Source: Balanoglossus misakiensis
Lineage: Eukaryota > Animalia > Hemichordata
DNA length: 64,000 bases
Direction of reading: 5' to 3'
Assembly (NCBI GenBank): GCA_040954595.2
Contig: CM082584.2
Coordinates: 9,753,061 to 9,817,060, forward strand
Made by a program: the position numbers and the translations under genes. Under the pieces are notes generated by a model. The model was given only the letters and a program-made list of their open reading frames with translations. It searched no databases and had not been told where the DNA came from. This document shows, piece by piece, positions 1 through 33,517 of the stretch (position 1 is the stretch's first letter; each line of letters starts with the position of its first letter).

Positions 1-20866
<20,866 letters not shown>

Positions 20867-22110
20867 GTTGATTTCCTAGTGTTTACTGAGTTGTTGTGGC
20901 TTGTATATTACATCCATTACGCACTCGTTTGTTGTGGTTGACACACACACTGCAAGGCTGCGTACGCGCGCAGGAGTTCATTGCAGAGAAAAGCTACACT
21001 CACTACAAGAAAAATACTCACTACTGTCGTTTGTTCAGACAAGGAAGAGAGAAAATGGTCCCCATTTCACGCCATCTGAACGCTGTCTTGACGAAAAACC
21101 ACAGCTACAACACTCCACCTACTCTTCATAATGCACGACAAAATGTATCGTCCGATAACACCCCTTAAGTTTATGTGTATTGTTAAGATGACGTCAACAT
21201 TTATTAACGCAGCTTAGAACAAAATTTATACATTTTTTTGAAAAATATATTGCAAGATTTAAATAAAAAGTTAAATATTTAATTATTTTGGTGTATGATT
21301 TCCTCTGATTTAAGTTGAAGACGCAATTACAACTTTTCGATATTCTTTTATGACTTAAGGGTACCCAGCCTGTCTGACCTGGCCTGACCTGGTGCTGGGC
21401 AGCGCCACCGAAGTTAGAAAATGTAAAAGAGCACACTCGAATTCGGACGTTGTTGCCATCGGTTACTTCATTCTTCCCCGCTAAAATAAAATGTAGAGAT
21501 GTTACTTGAAAGAGGGACAACTTTTCCATATCATTTTGCGCTGACTTTCATGAGATTTTTTGCGTTTAGTAGTACACCCAGTCATGTAGGCATGGGTGGA
21601 ATATTTATGATAAAGCATATATACTAGTAGATTTCGTTTGCAAAATTAAACTACTCTTTATTTGCAACAGTGCCAAATGTTTCACAATACTGTCAGATCA
21701 TTGTCTATAGGATATTTCATAAATTCTGCCGGAAATTCATAAATGAATCGGAAATTACAAACTTTAGTTTATGACTAGACACTTTACAAAGTGTCTCTTT
21801 ATACAGTGTAATTTATAGTGGGGGAATGTCTTGCAAATATGGCAAGTCTGCATCTGTTCTGCGCTAATTAATACACAGACTCGTTAACTAATTACATTGC
21901 AAAACGTCCCACAGTACATTCAGATGTCTGTTAGATCAATATCTACAACCTTTTTGCTTAGTAAATATATACAATGTAATACGGCTCCAGAGACAAATAG
22001 ATGTGTTAGATACACAACAAACTCTGTGTAGGATTTGACCGAAGACTAAAGGATTTGCCGTGCATTCGCCATCCTTCTCCGTCCTCTCGCTTCTCCCACT
22101 GACTCACATC

Positions 22111-23212
22111 CTAGAGTAACCCGGCGTTGCTAAAGATGGCTAAGATGAAGATGGTTCCCACAGTGCCTAGCAATATTGCGGCTGACGACAGCTGAGCTGC
22201 GTATCTGCCAGACTCTTCTGCTTTGACTTTGTCGCCGGATCTCCAGGCAAGCATTGACTGAAAGAACGGGAGAGGGATCATAGGAATCAATTTCTAATTG
22301 CAAACAGTGTCGTTAAACCACTGCCTCATCTAAATTTGTCAAACTTTCCAATGATATTATAATAAATATTTATATTGATATTGTTAATAAAACTAACACC
22401 TTGAATCAAACGAACCCACTCACAGTCCATGATTGGTGGATCGCAAAGCCTCCAATAATAGCACAAAAGAATGCCGAAAACACTGCACAGATCAGGTTAT
22501 CTGGCGGGGGTTCCTCCAGCTGCCCATCAAATCCCGACATCTGCGACGTCCCAGCTGATGGTGGACAAGTGTTCTCTGGGGATATCATAACCTGAAAAAT
22601 AACCATATCACCAAAAATGGGATTTTTATTTTCTCTTATTGACCCATATTGACCGAGCACTAGGTTTTCATCTAATATGGATACTAGGCCTGAGATGCGA
22701 CTTGACAAGTATGTCTTAGGCCACCCCAAAATTTGGAAAAACTTTGTGTTTCTTTAATAAATGTTTTAGATATCAAATAAGCATAACACAGTGGCATTCG
22801 TGTACTATTTTAGTAACTCTAGTAGCTTACTCACCACAGAAATTCCGGGCGGTTGCGACCCTTCAGATTTTGCACTGTTCTGCGCGGTGACGGCTCGGGA
22901 AGAACTTTGGGATATGCCACCGCTGGCGGCGCTAGAACTTTTACCAAGGAGCGAAAAAGTGGGCAAACAGCCCTCTGTGTGTGGTACAGCGGGAAGCGAA
23001 AGGAAGTCGGTTCCGTTTGTGGCAACATTTTCGTTAATAGTGGGGTCATCTTGGAGTTCCTGCTGGTGAATAGGGTAAACCATATCTTCAGGTACGATGC
23101 CATGATCATTTCTGGCGGTTTCCGGCGGTTTCTGGTCAGCAGCCTCTATGTCGTCGTCGTCTTCTTCTTCGAGTTTTTGGTACTTTTTGTTGGTTTTCAA
23201 CAGTGATGACAT
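22111..23212 (-). CDS. CD225/dispanin-family (PRRT/IFITM-like) membrane protein, paralog A
   Basis: Exons 22835-23212, 22424-22591 (EEPPPDNLICAVFSAFFCAIIGGFAIHQSW), 22111-22257 (GDKVKAEESGRYAAQLS plus TM helix, TAG); all phase 0, GT-AG. Confidence 0.88.
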
Positions 23213-24934
23213 TTTGCTGCTGGACTTACAATGTGTAAAACTGTCAGATTTATGAGTTTCTTGGTGTGTGAATAATATTCAAATCAGACGCTCACTCGCT
23301 ACTAGTGCACGTTTCTTCATTCCGCTTCAAGTAAAGCAATTGTCCATTCCCACAGCAAGTTGGCCAATAACCAACGAAAAGATTCGATTTTTACGCGCTT
23401 TGTTGATCTGAAAAGTATAAATGAAAACGTTTAAGTACATTCATTCCCTGTCCAAGGCACACTGAAGGATTGCTGATTCGAAACAGACCGTGACAGTGTT
23501 GAGAATGTCAGTCCATAGTCTGCTCTAATCGTGAAGTAGACGGCTGTTTAAATGAAAACGTTTTCTGTGAAAATGGAAAAATAGCAAGGTTTCTCAGCAA
23601 TTCAAATTTGTGCGGGTAGTGCGCAGTCGTGGTATATTCCTCATGACCTGCTAAGAGTGGGGTCACCACCACCATTCAGCCAAAACGTAAATGTAGGCAG
23701 AGGGGTGAGATTTACGGAAAACCGGATGAAATTTTTCTGACAATGTAGAATTTTCCCGTCAGTTTCCTGTGCGAAAATGAGATTTTAGACCAAGTACGGG
23801 GCATGCTTTGCGGGAACGTGTCAAAGTTGTTATTGTTGTTGTTGTTGTTCAGTTTGCCAGTAAATCAGTCAGACAGGTCGTAGCGAGGAACCAGGAACCA
23901 TCTCGCGAGACCCAAGATGACCCCAGAACGCCATAATAAACAAACGGCCCGTCACGAACCTCGCGTCCTTCGAGGTGATAATATGATAATAAGCTTTCGA
24001 CTCGTCCAAGATCCAGTGTACTTTTGTCTACACTGTCCTGAATAGCATATGAACAATACAGTGTTGCGTGCTAAAAATGGAGGAAACTTCTCACTCCACA
24101 CACAGTCACTGACTATGGTTCAAACAGCCTACAATGAAAAGCGATCGTCCAAGTGAAATTTAACAAAATAGATCGGAGCTCTTTAGTATCATGCATGGAC
24201 GTACTGAGGCTGGTACACTTTACTCACGTTCGCGCATAATCAAGAAATGGACGCCGTTGTGCCAAAATCGCTGCTTCGTCTCAGATCTTGAAGTTCCAAC
24301 AGTATTGCGTTGACACTTCTGCATAGTCTGTTTACTCACCTGTGACCTGGGACAATCATACGTCAAAACTCGGCATTTGCATATCCATCGTGTACTATAA
24401 CACGACAAGCGGTTATAACAACAAACTTTAGCACAGAAATATAAAGAACGTCACAAGTGAAAGTTTTAAACTTTTATTGTACCTGGAAAACATCGTAAAA
24501 ATAAGTCGGTGCTGTATTAACGATGTCAATAGGAAGGAAGGCTTGTGAATGATGAATATTGAATTCGGGTTCCCTGGATTGGCAAGCGACGTCGCAGGTT
24601 TTCGAAGATCTGTCAATTAACAATCCAATAGACACTTCTATTTTATTCTTTCAGTGATATGTGGAGTCTACGTATGAATGTGATTTTTTTCGCGGATGGA
24701 GAGTTAATAAGATACAAAAAACTATCCTGTAACTAAACTTGTGCATGGAGTTGGGTGTGTTTTGCATTGTATTGCTGTCTTCATTCCCTTGTAATATAAC
24801 CTGACAATATTGTAATCCAGACATTATTTTTAAAAAAATACTTTACACAATTGGCCATTCGGATCACCCGTCCGAGGCAATAATTCATAGCAAAATTCAA
24901 ATGACAGTGTTTTCTGCGTGACATATACAGAACT

Positions 24935-24981
24935 CTGTCTGCCTCTCTCCCCTACCCCCCCCCCCTCTCTCTCTCTCTCTT
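24935..24981. repeat. C-rich/(CT)n microsatellite
   Basis: ctctgtctgcctctctcccctacccccccccctctctctctctctct. Confidence 0.8.
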
Positions 24982-25346
24982 GGAAGAGGAGCTGGAGAGA
25001 CTTTGTTCGCGGATTAAAGAGAGTACTGGAGGACGGAACAGAGCCTCTGCTTCTCTGATGAGCTGTACACGTGGCACGCTCCTTTTAATAACGCCACCAA
25101 CGGTAAACAGTTGGTACAGTTTGTTCCGTTTGTTTGGTACAAAAGGCACACCTGGAATAATCCCATACTCATTGAAATTCATGAGTGTCTTCGCAAATAC
25201 AGCGAAAATTGCAGCAAAACGTGGTGGCAGGGGAGTGGATGCTACATCGCTTCACGCGAACACTCTGGGTCCAATATCGATTACATTGTAATCAATCACT
25301 TAGAGTATCGATGTAAACACATCTCTTCTTTTCTCCTTCAATGACG

Positions 25347-27255
25347 TCACATCCTCGAGTAATGCGGCGTTATGAAAACGACAATGAACAGTATGAACAT
25401 TATAATTCCCAAAAATATTCCGGCCCATGACAGTTGCAGCGCGTATCTGCCAGACTCCTCGGCTGTGTACCGATCACCAACTGTGGATGCCCTTTTTGAC
25501 TGAAAAAAGATCAGACAAAAACAGCTTTGAATGGGTATCATGATTGTGTTCTGCTCTACAAGACAACCACAAACAAATAATTTTTGTGATCGTCCGTAGC
25601 AAGACATATTTTCATCAATTATCAAGATATGTCAAGCTGCTACTTTGTAAAAAAACATCACATTTGCGGGCAGCGCAACATTCAAAAGCCCCTCGCAAAA
25701 TAAACCACCAGAATCATCCAAATGATGGCGACCACCATCCCCCCACTTGACTTTATGCACTCACCATCCATGATTGGTGGACTGCAAAGACGCCGACGAT
25801 GGTACAGAAGAAGAGGGAACATATTGCACAGAAGAGATTGTCCGGTGGAGGCTCCTCTAGAGGTTGCCCGAGTCCCAAGAATCGCGACGTCCGCGTTGGT
25901 GGCGCACCAGGGCTATCCGGAGACAGAGAGAGCTGAAACACAAGCATACATATCAAGGTGGTGTCTTCGCATGCAACGAGTGTGCGAACTTGCATACGTG
26001 CACGCCAAATTACAGGCTCGACACATTGTAAGAATACACCGGTTTCCTTACAGAGATGATCTTTGTACAGATATTTTCACAAGAGATTAACTACATTATA
26101 GTTCTCATGATTGGTTTGATGAGAACTTGACTCGCGTGTCAGAGGACTCCTGAACAATCTGTAACAAAAAATGCACTTACCACCTTAAAATTACTCCTGG
26201 GGGTCGAATGGTCTAGTGTCGTCAAAAGTTCATTTAGTGCAAGGGACATTTCTCCGCGACTTGGACCTTTCCTAATTGTCCTGCTATTTCTGGAGTCTGT
26301 TTGTTCGAGATCGGTCACATTGTTCTTTGCATTGACTTTGCTGTTTGGGAGCAATCTCTCCTGCGCAGACCCGGCCGTGTACTCGATGTCAACCTCCGTC
26401 GAATCGAGCCGCGGTCTGCCGGCGGTGTCGCCATTTGTGAGTTTGGGAGCCGGGTGCACAGTCTCCAATCCCGGCGAAGATGGCGGCGTTTCTTGGATGG
26501 AGTTGTCTAATCTCACATATGCTGCATAAATAGAAAACAACACGTCATAAAATTCAGTTGACGAGTCTAGCCACTAACTTAACGTGCATGGACTGTTTTC
26601 CAAAAAATGGAGGTTCTATACAGACACAAACGTTCGCTGACTGCTGGTCACACATTTACTGATATTCGCAATTTTCCATCATATTCCGTCATGATTTACG
26701 AGCGTCGAGTCTAGTCACGTATGCACCGTGTAACACGCGGAGGAAGTCTGTCATCGGAATGATCAACAGGTGAATTGCACCGTGAAAGTAAAAGTAACAC
26801 TGACACCGCGAAAAGTGGCAATGTTAAGCGATGGTTTAACCTCAAGCCGAACTGTGTGACTGGTAGTGATGGATTTGTTACTGGTACGGTTGTCTTTTGG
26901 CGTTTTCAATGATACCATGAAATGTCGATGCCACAATGCCTGTGCACAATATCATACCACAATGGCGTTTGTTCTCCGTTGAAAAGGAAATGCGTGCAGA
27001 CTTTGTCGGAAAAATCACTGATACTCGGGAAAAACTATTCTCAATGGAGAAAAACGATACTGGAAAAGTTCAAAATTACATTTTGGTCTTCAGCATTTTC
27101 CAAAAATGTACAAACGCGAGGACAGAAGTCAGAATTGTGTGTATTTTTTCGCGGCTGTGGTGGCACATAACAGGTGGGTTGAGCCAGGAGAATCCCGCGA
27201 GAGACAAGGACTGGAGGATATACTAGTACTTACGGTAATCGTAGTGTCGCATCAT
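25347..27255 (-). CDS. CD225/dispanin-family protein, paralog B
   Basis: Exons 27234-27255 (MMRHYDY, phase 1, inferred), 26181-26521, 25765-25932 (EEPPPDNLFCAICSLFFCTIVGVFAVHQSW; 168 bp, same length as in paralog A), 25347-25499 (GDRYTAEESGRYALQLSW plus TM). Confidence 0.88.
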
Positions 27256-29349
27256 CGGCTCAGACGTCGACGCGGGTATCAATCCACCGAACGTGTGTCG
27301 CGCTACCCACGTTTACTGGAGTGCGTGAGTCGTCATATTTTCATTCGCCTACATGTAGGCCTATTCATAATGTTGACACCCTACATGCACAGAGGTCACT
27401 CTGCATATGAGCCACTGTGACGAGAAGACATGACGCAGAGTGCAGTGGTAGGCTTTTAATATGGTAATTCCAACATGAACAGACCCGCAAATCTATTAAA
27501 ACTGTTGTCAGCTTTCAATTACAACTTCCGTGTGCATTTGTACCTGTCTTAAAACAAATAGTGATTTCGAATATGAATCTGGTTTTAATTTACGCCCATT
27601 TGTCTCGTGTGGTTTATCAATATTTTGGACGACGAGGAATTGAAATCAATTATCTAAAATTAAATCGGTAAAACCCAGCTGTTGCCAAAAAGTTAAATGG
27701 CACAGAATGATGGCAATAACACATCACCCGCATATGATAGTTATAATAACATCAAGAGAGAAATTTTCCATTTCCGAAATAATGGATTACAAGCATCACC
27801 TAGCGTATTGAGAATTGGTCATTTGAAATATGTACATATACATATTTATGCAAATGAATATCGGCGGAGGGCGTTTATAGTTGCGTGCTGACTTTAGCTA
27901 TAGGCCCAACAAAGGATCTGTCAAAATATTTGCATATCTGATCGACGGCAGATAGAATTTACCTTACTGTTTTCAGTGATATCTGCAACGTGTGCGAATG
28001 AAATATAGTAAACAGATGTTTCAAATAGAATCTAAAAAGACGGATGGCGAATTTTGTACCGCCACCGACGGAGCAGTTTGGTAGAGACGCATTCTCGGAA
28101 GATGGTGCGTACAACAAACAAATGAACGTTAGTGGTTCTTAGAAAAGTGATGCTTTGAAAGCGAGAGCTTCCGGTATCGCGGTGATAGTCTGCTAGTTTT
28201 TTTTTCCGGCTGTTCTGTTTGACGTCCTGTTTTTTACGCAGATGTGATGAGTTTTTTTATTGTGAAGCAGGCCGTTTACTGCCATAAAAAAAACTACCGC
28301 ACTCCTAGCGGTATACACGGCTTGTAAAAATCTCACGGCGTCCGTCGCTGTCAAGGCGTATACAAAGATGAGTTACATGCGCCAGCTGGTACTGGTAGTA
28401 TCATGGTACGTGGCTTGAACACTTAAAAAAAACTAACCACTGAGTCGCGGCAGAGATATCAGAATTTTGATGAGAAAAAACGACTCGTTCAGCGATACCA
28501 ATGGTTTTGTTCTCATTCGAATTCAATGTCGGCTCATTTATATGCCGATAGCCCGAACACGCTCATTTCCAGCGAACATATACGAGCACGAATAAATAAT
28601 AATACCCACCTTTGTTTCGTATTCCACTCGCCATTTTCTGTTCGTTTGGTTTTTCACATTATTCAGGTTCGTGAATCGCGTTGTTTTTCTGTCTCTATTG
28701 TATTAAACCCGGGCAAAACTGTTTACGTAACGTATAGTTGTTCGTCGCCTGATCAGCATCAATGGACCGACGCACCTTTTGTGGACTCATGCACTTTAAA
28801 ATGAGGATGGTTTCACCCGGAAGTAGAAACTGGTCGGCAGCTGTCGCGTGAATTTTTCACTCGTCACGTCATCGTCATCCACACATGTCTACATGCGTTG
28901 CCGACAAACTAAACGTCCTTGCTCTGAAGAACCTTTTCACCATGTTCATTTTATCACAACGGTGAAATATTGAAGTACAACAACAATGTTCCAAATATGT
29001 GACAACATTTAATGAGTTATAGTAAATATTTCTAAAAGAAAGATTACAAATTTTGAGACTCGTGTCATTAAACCCTGTACATAAATCGTCTTCCACCAGC
29101 TCCAGTGCTAAATAATATAAGCAATAAAGCGACGTCAGATGTCAGCAATATTTTCCCCGAAAAAGGGTTTAAGAAAGACACCTGGTACAATTGTTTCTCT
29201 TCAGTCACTCATATTTACATGTTATTCCATGATTTGATCGTAACCCCAATTATTATTCACGCTTAGAACTTCGCTATAGGGTCAATGTTTCTGGCTAGAT
29301 GATAAGGACAGGTGGTGGTCACGGGTCGATACTGACTTCTGGCCACTGT

Positions 29350-30240
<891 letters not shown>

Positions 30241-33148
30241 CTGAAAGAGAAAATGTGTATATCCAATGATATAATATTAGTTAGTCAATACTTTTGTTCG
30301 TTGGTTCAAACTTTCGCTCTGTTCCACACCGTTTTCTCAATCAAGTATACGTTTCTGCAAATTGCGTGTATCTTTTTAGGGAACAACGCCAACACCAGCC
30401 AACGGCGTGTTCAGCGCATGTACGTAGCATATCGTAGCATTTATAAGGTGGCATTTATCAACATATGATATCATATTGACAAATATTTACACAAAAGACT
30501 CTGGTGACTGCGCGGTTGTCCTGAGGTCTGCTTGCAGATAAACGTTACGGGAAGTTAAACCCAAAATGTTATAATTGACTGCGGTCAAACCCCCAAAATA
30601 GCGCCCATCAGTTATTTGGATTGCTAAGTGCAACTGGTTACGAATAAACACTGTGAAAAAAAAACATTCCCGGAACGAGGCCTGTTTCAAGTGTACACAT
30701 CAGTAATCATTCCCCGTGTCGTAATTTACGACGTTCCTATTTATTCACCCATTAAAGCGTCGCTATGGATTGTAGTTATCGCGAATCCGACTTCTTTTAA
30801 ATTGACTGACATCACGGCTTTATTGACAGCACCAGAAGTCGTCCGAAAATTCGAGAAAAGTTGTGAAGAAGCGCGTCGTTTACACCAGACACGTGATAAG
30901 AAAAGGTTCTAAGTTGTCATAAGCGAAATAACCTGAAACTCGGCTTCGAACTTTAACCTTCATCATCAAAGCTTGATTCCAAACAGTTTGACATGATAAC
31001 AATTCGGATAATCAGTTCAGACACAAAAACGGAAATAAATCACGAAATGTTAAGATGTCATCGACGGGCTTTTAAAATCCACGCTTTCATTTTTGTGCGT
31101 GGATCATGGCTTTTTTGCTTTTGACCCAAAAAGTCGTGAGCGCGCGGAGGCACTTTTTGTAGAGACCTACTGTTTGATTTAGACGTCTTACCATGTCACC
31201 GTGTATTTATTATGAGCGCGTATGTCAATAATAGCAGATATGAATATTACAAAGTACGCACCTCCATGCAGAGTAATAGCTTGACTGGACAACGCGGCTT
31301 TGTTGACACACTTTTTTGTGTCGGGCAGGAATATTCATGTCTACCATAGAAGAACAATGCCACGGACTGTGCTGGAGTGACATCATACATGGCGTCACTC
31401 TATCTCATGACACTCACCTGTGTCATCGCCATCCGCCATGTTCTTCGACTCCATGTTGGTCCGCGAGTGACGATCTCCGGCCCACCAGACACTCGCGGGT
31501 TCCATCCTTGGCGATATGACAATTTGCTCCGCTTATTTTATGATATTTCTGATTAATTATTCTCCAAGTTTATGACGTCAGTCAAATAATATTTAAGCCC
31601 GTCACGGGACAGGAGTGGTGCATCTTTGTGTAAATAGACGATTTTGTTAGTTTGAAATGTCGGTGAAGGGTATAGGCTCCGACTTCGCCTGGCAGCGTCG
31701 ATAAATCAACACAGCAAGGTACCAAGCCGATGCGCACGGCCAATATGTAATATTTACACACAAGTGGCAATAAGGCTCGATCGCAGTCCGTTTGCCATAA
31801 GAGTCTTTTCCTGCCCCGCTCCTTGGTTGGTCATGCGGACGGAAAGACAATGATTATGTCGTTAAAAGTTCTAAAAAAAAGTAGTCTATGCTTCGAGACA
31901 TGTATAAGGTAGACCCATCCAGAAAGAGCACATGTCACGCCTAGAGTACTGCAGTTATGCAGCCCACACATTTACAACAGGGATATAATGGCTCTAGGGA
32001 ATTTTCAGACGTGCCATAGAGAGATTCTCGCTCGCATCCTCAGTAAAGCAAACGCATCGTGTCGTGATGTCATGTCATTCCGAGATGTGTCATGCGCCGC
32101 AGACTGATGTGCGCCATCACCGGCGTCGACCGTGGGTCACTTCATGGTCAGGCGACTACAGTGAAAGCGAAAAGAATGACCTTATTGTGAATACGGAAGT
32201 CGGAAAGAAGAGTTTCGCGTTTTATAATTTAGTTCGAGATAGCAAACATGTCCTACGATATGTCAGGTAAGTCGCGCTTCCAATAACGTCGCGTTGGCTT
32301 TTAGATTTACTTCCTCGTAGATGCGCTCACTGCGTTTTTGCAAGTGCGACTAGCTCGCCAGTACAAGGTCGTCCGTCAACTCGCTAGACACTAGTTCTGC
32401 AGAATTAATTGCGACTCAAGTCGTGACCTCATTGCGATGACAAATCTGTCGTTATTCCAGTTTTCAAAGCATTTCTTCAATCTTACAATACAATAATGAT
32501 GGGTAATGTGGTAAACTTCACCATGTGATACCATGTGGTCCGTTGTGATCATATTTCGTATAATTTTCATTCCCTTGTCAATGGCTGTGGTTTATGCTTG
32601 TCCTTGACCCGAATTGAGCGTCAGTTTTTGACCACACAACGTATATCACGCAGTAAGAACGCCAAATTGGTTATGTTTGGGAGGCATCGTGAAGTGATGT
32701 ATGTGCACAGTCGCATGTGAGAATATGGCACCATCTGCTTTTCAGTTGTCGTAAATTGGGTCAGGGTAATAATTTAACACAATTCAACACTATAAATCTC
32801 GTTCGTATGTGTGCCTTGTTTCCCCAATCCTGTACAGAGAAATACAATCTTCTCGGGCAACCAGAGAAGCGAGTGCAGTTCGCTGAACCAGACCACTTCG
32901 ATGCCCCACCTTCAGCACCCTCTTATTCACAAAGAGTTGCTGTGAGTAGTTTGCTTTCGTGTCGTGGGTGTTCACTACCCTATCTAGAAGAATCGGCGCT
33001 TATAAGTAATACGATTAATTATCACGAAAACGAATTGTATCAGAAGGTAGTATAAATCGTTTCTGGGTTCCTAACCTTTCCTGAAAAAGACCGTTACTCA
33101 TATATCCATGACATTTGTTTTCATGTGCATGATTGGCAGGTAACAGAC

Positions 33149-33320
33149 TGTTGTGATCGCCGATGTCTCACCTGAGTGCGTCTAAACTACGGTTTTCTAA
33201 AGGTCTTTTGGGAGGTCAGTCGAAGGCATGCTGCTCAATCCCAAGCATAGCAGAAAGAGAACGAACTACTTCCGCCCAGGGGTGGGTAGGGTCAGTGACG
33301 TCATGGGCAGATTCACAACA
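33149..33320 (-). repeat. 3' LTR (172 bp)
   Basis: TGTTGTGA...TCACAACA 8-bp terminal inverted repeat; no difference from 37172-37343 found by eye; contains the CRE palindrome TGACGTCA (33296-33303). Confidence 0.96.
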
Positions 33321-33334
33321 CTCTTCCCCACCAC
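33321..33334 (-). other. Polypurine tract
   Basis: Minus-strand GTGGTGGGGAAGAG directly abutting the 3' LTR. Confidence 0.85.
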
Positions 33335-33517
33335 ATTTTGAAGGGCTTCGTCTTCTTCCCCCAAAACACCGGGGGATAACACAACATCGAACACAACAAT
33401 AACAAAAATAGAATGTCCAGCTGGGCTTTACTGGGTATGCCCCACTGGTCGGCCTGTTTGTTTCCTTTCTGGTGCCTCTTCCAACAGCTGTTGGAGGGCT
33501 TCCTCCTGTTGGTTTCT

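Noticed and set aside
28055-28110. GGAGCAGTTTGGTAGA resembling a tRNA D-arm/A-box
   Set aside because: No B-box/T-arm or cloverleaf could be built, so no tRNA or SINE call is supported
33163-33402. Duplicated ORF MSHLSASK..., also at 37186
   Set aside because: Not a duplicated gene; it is the LTR sequence read twice
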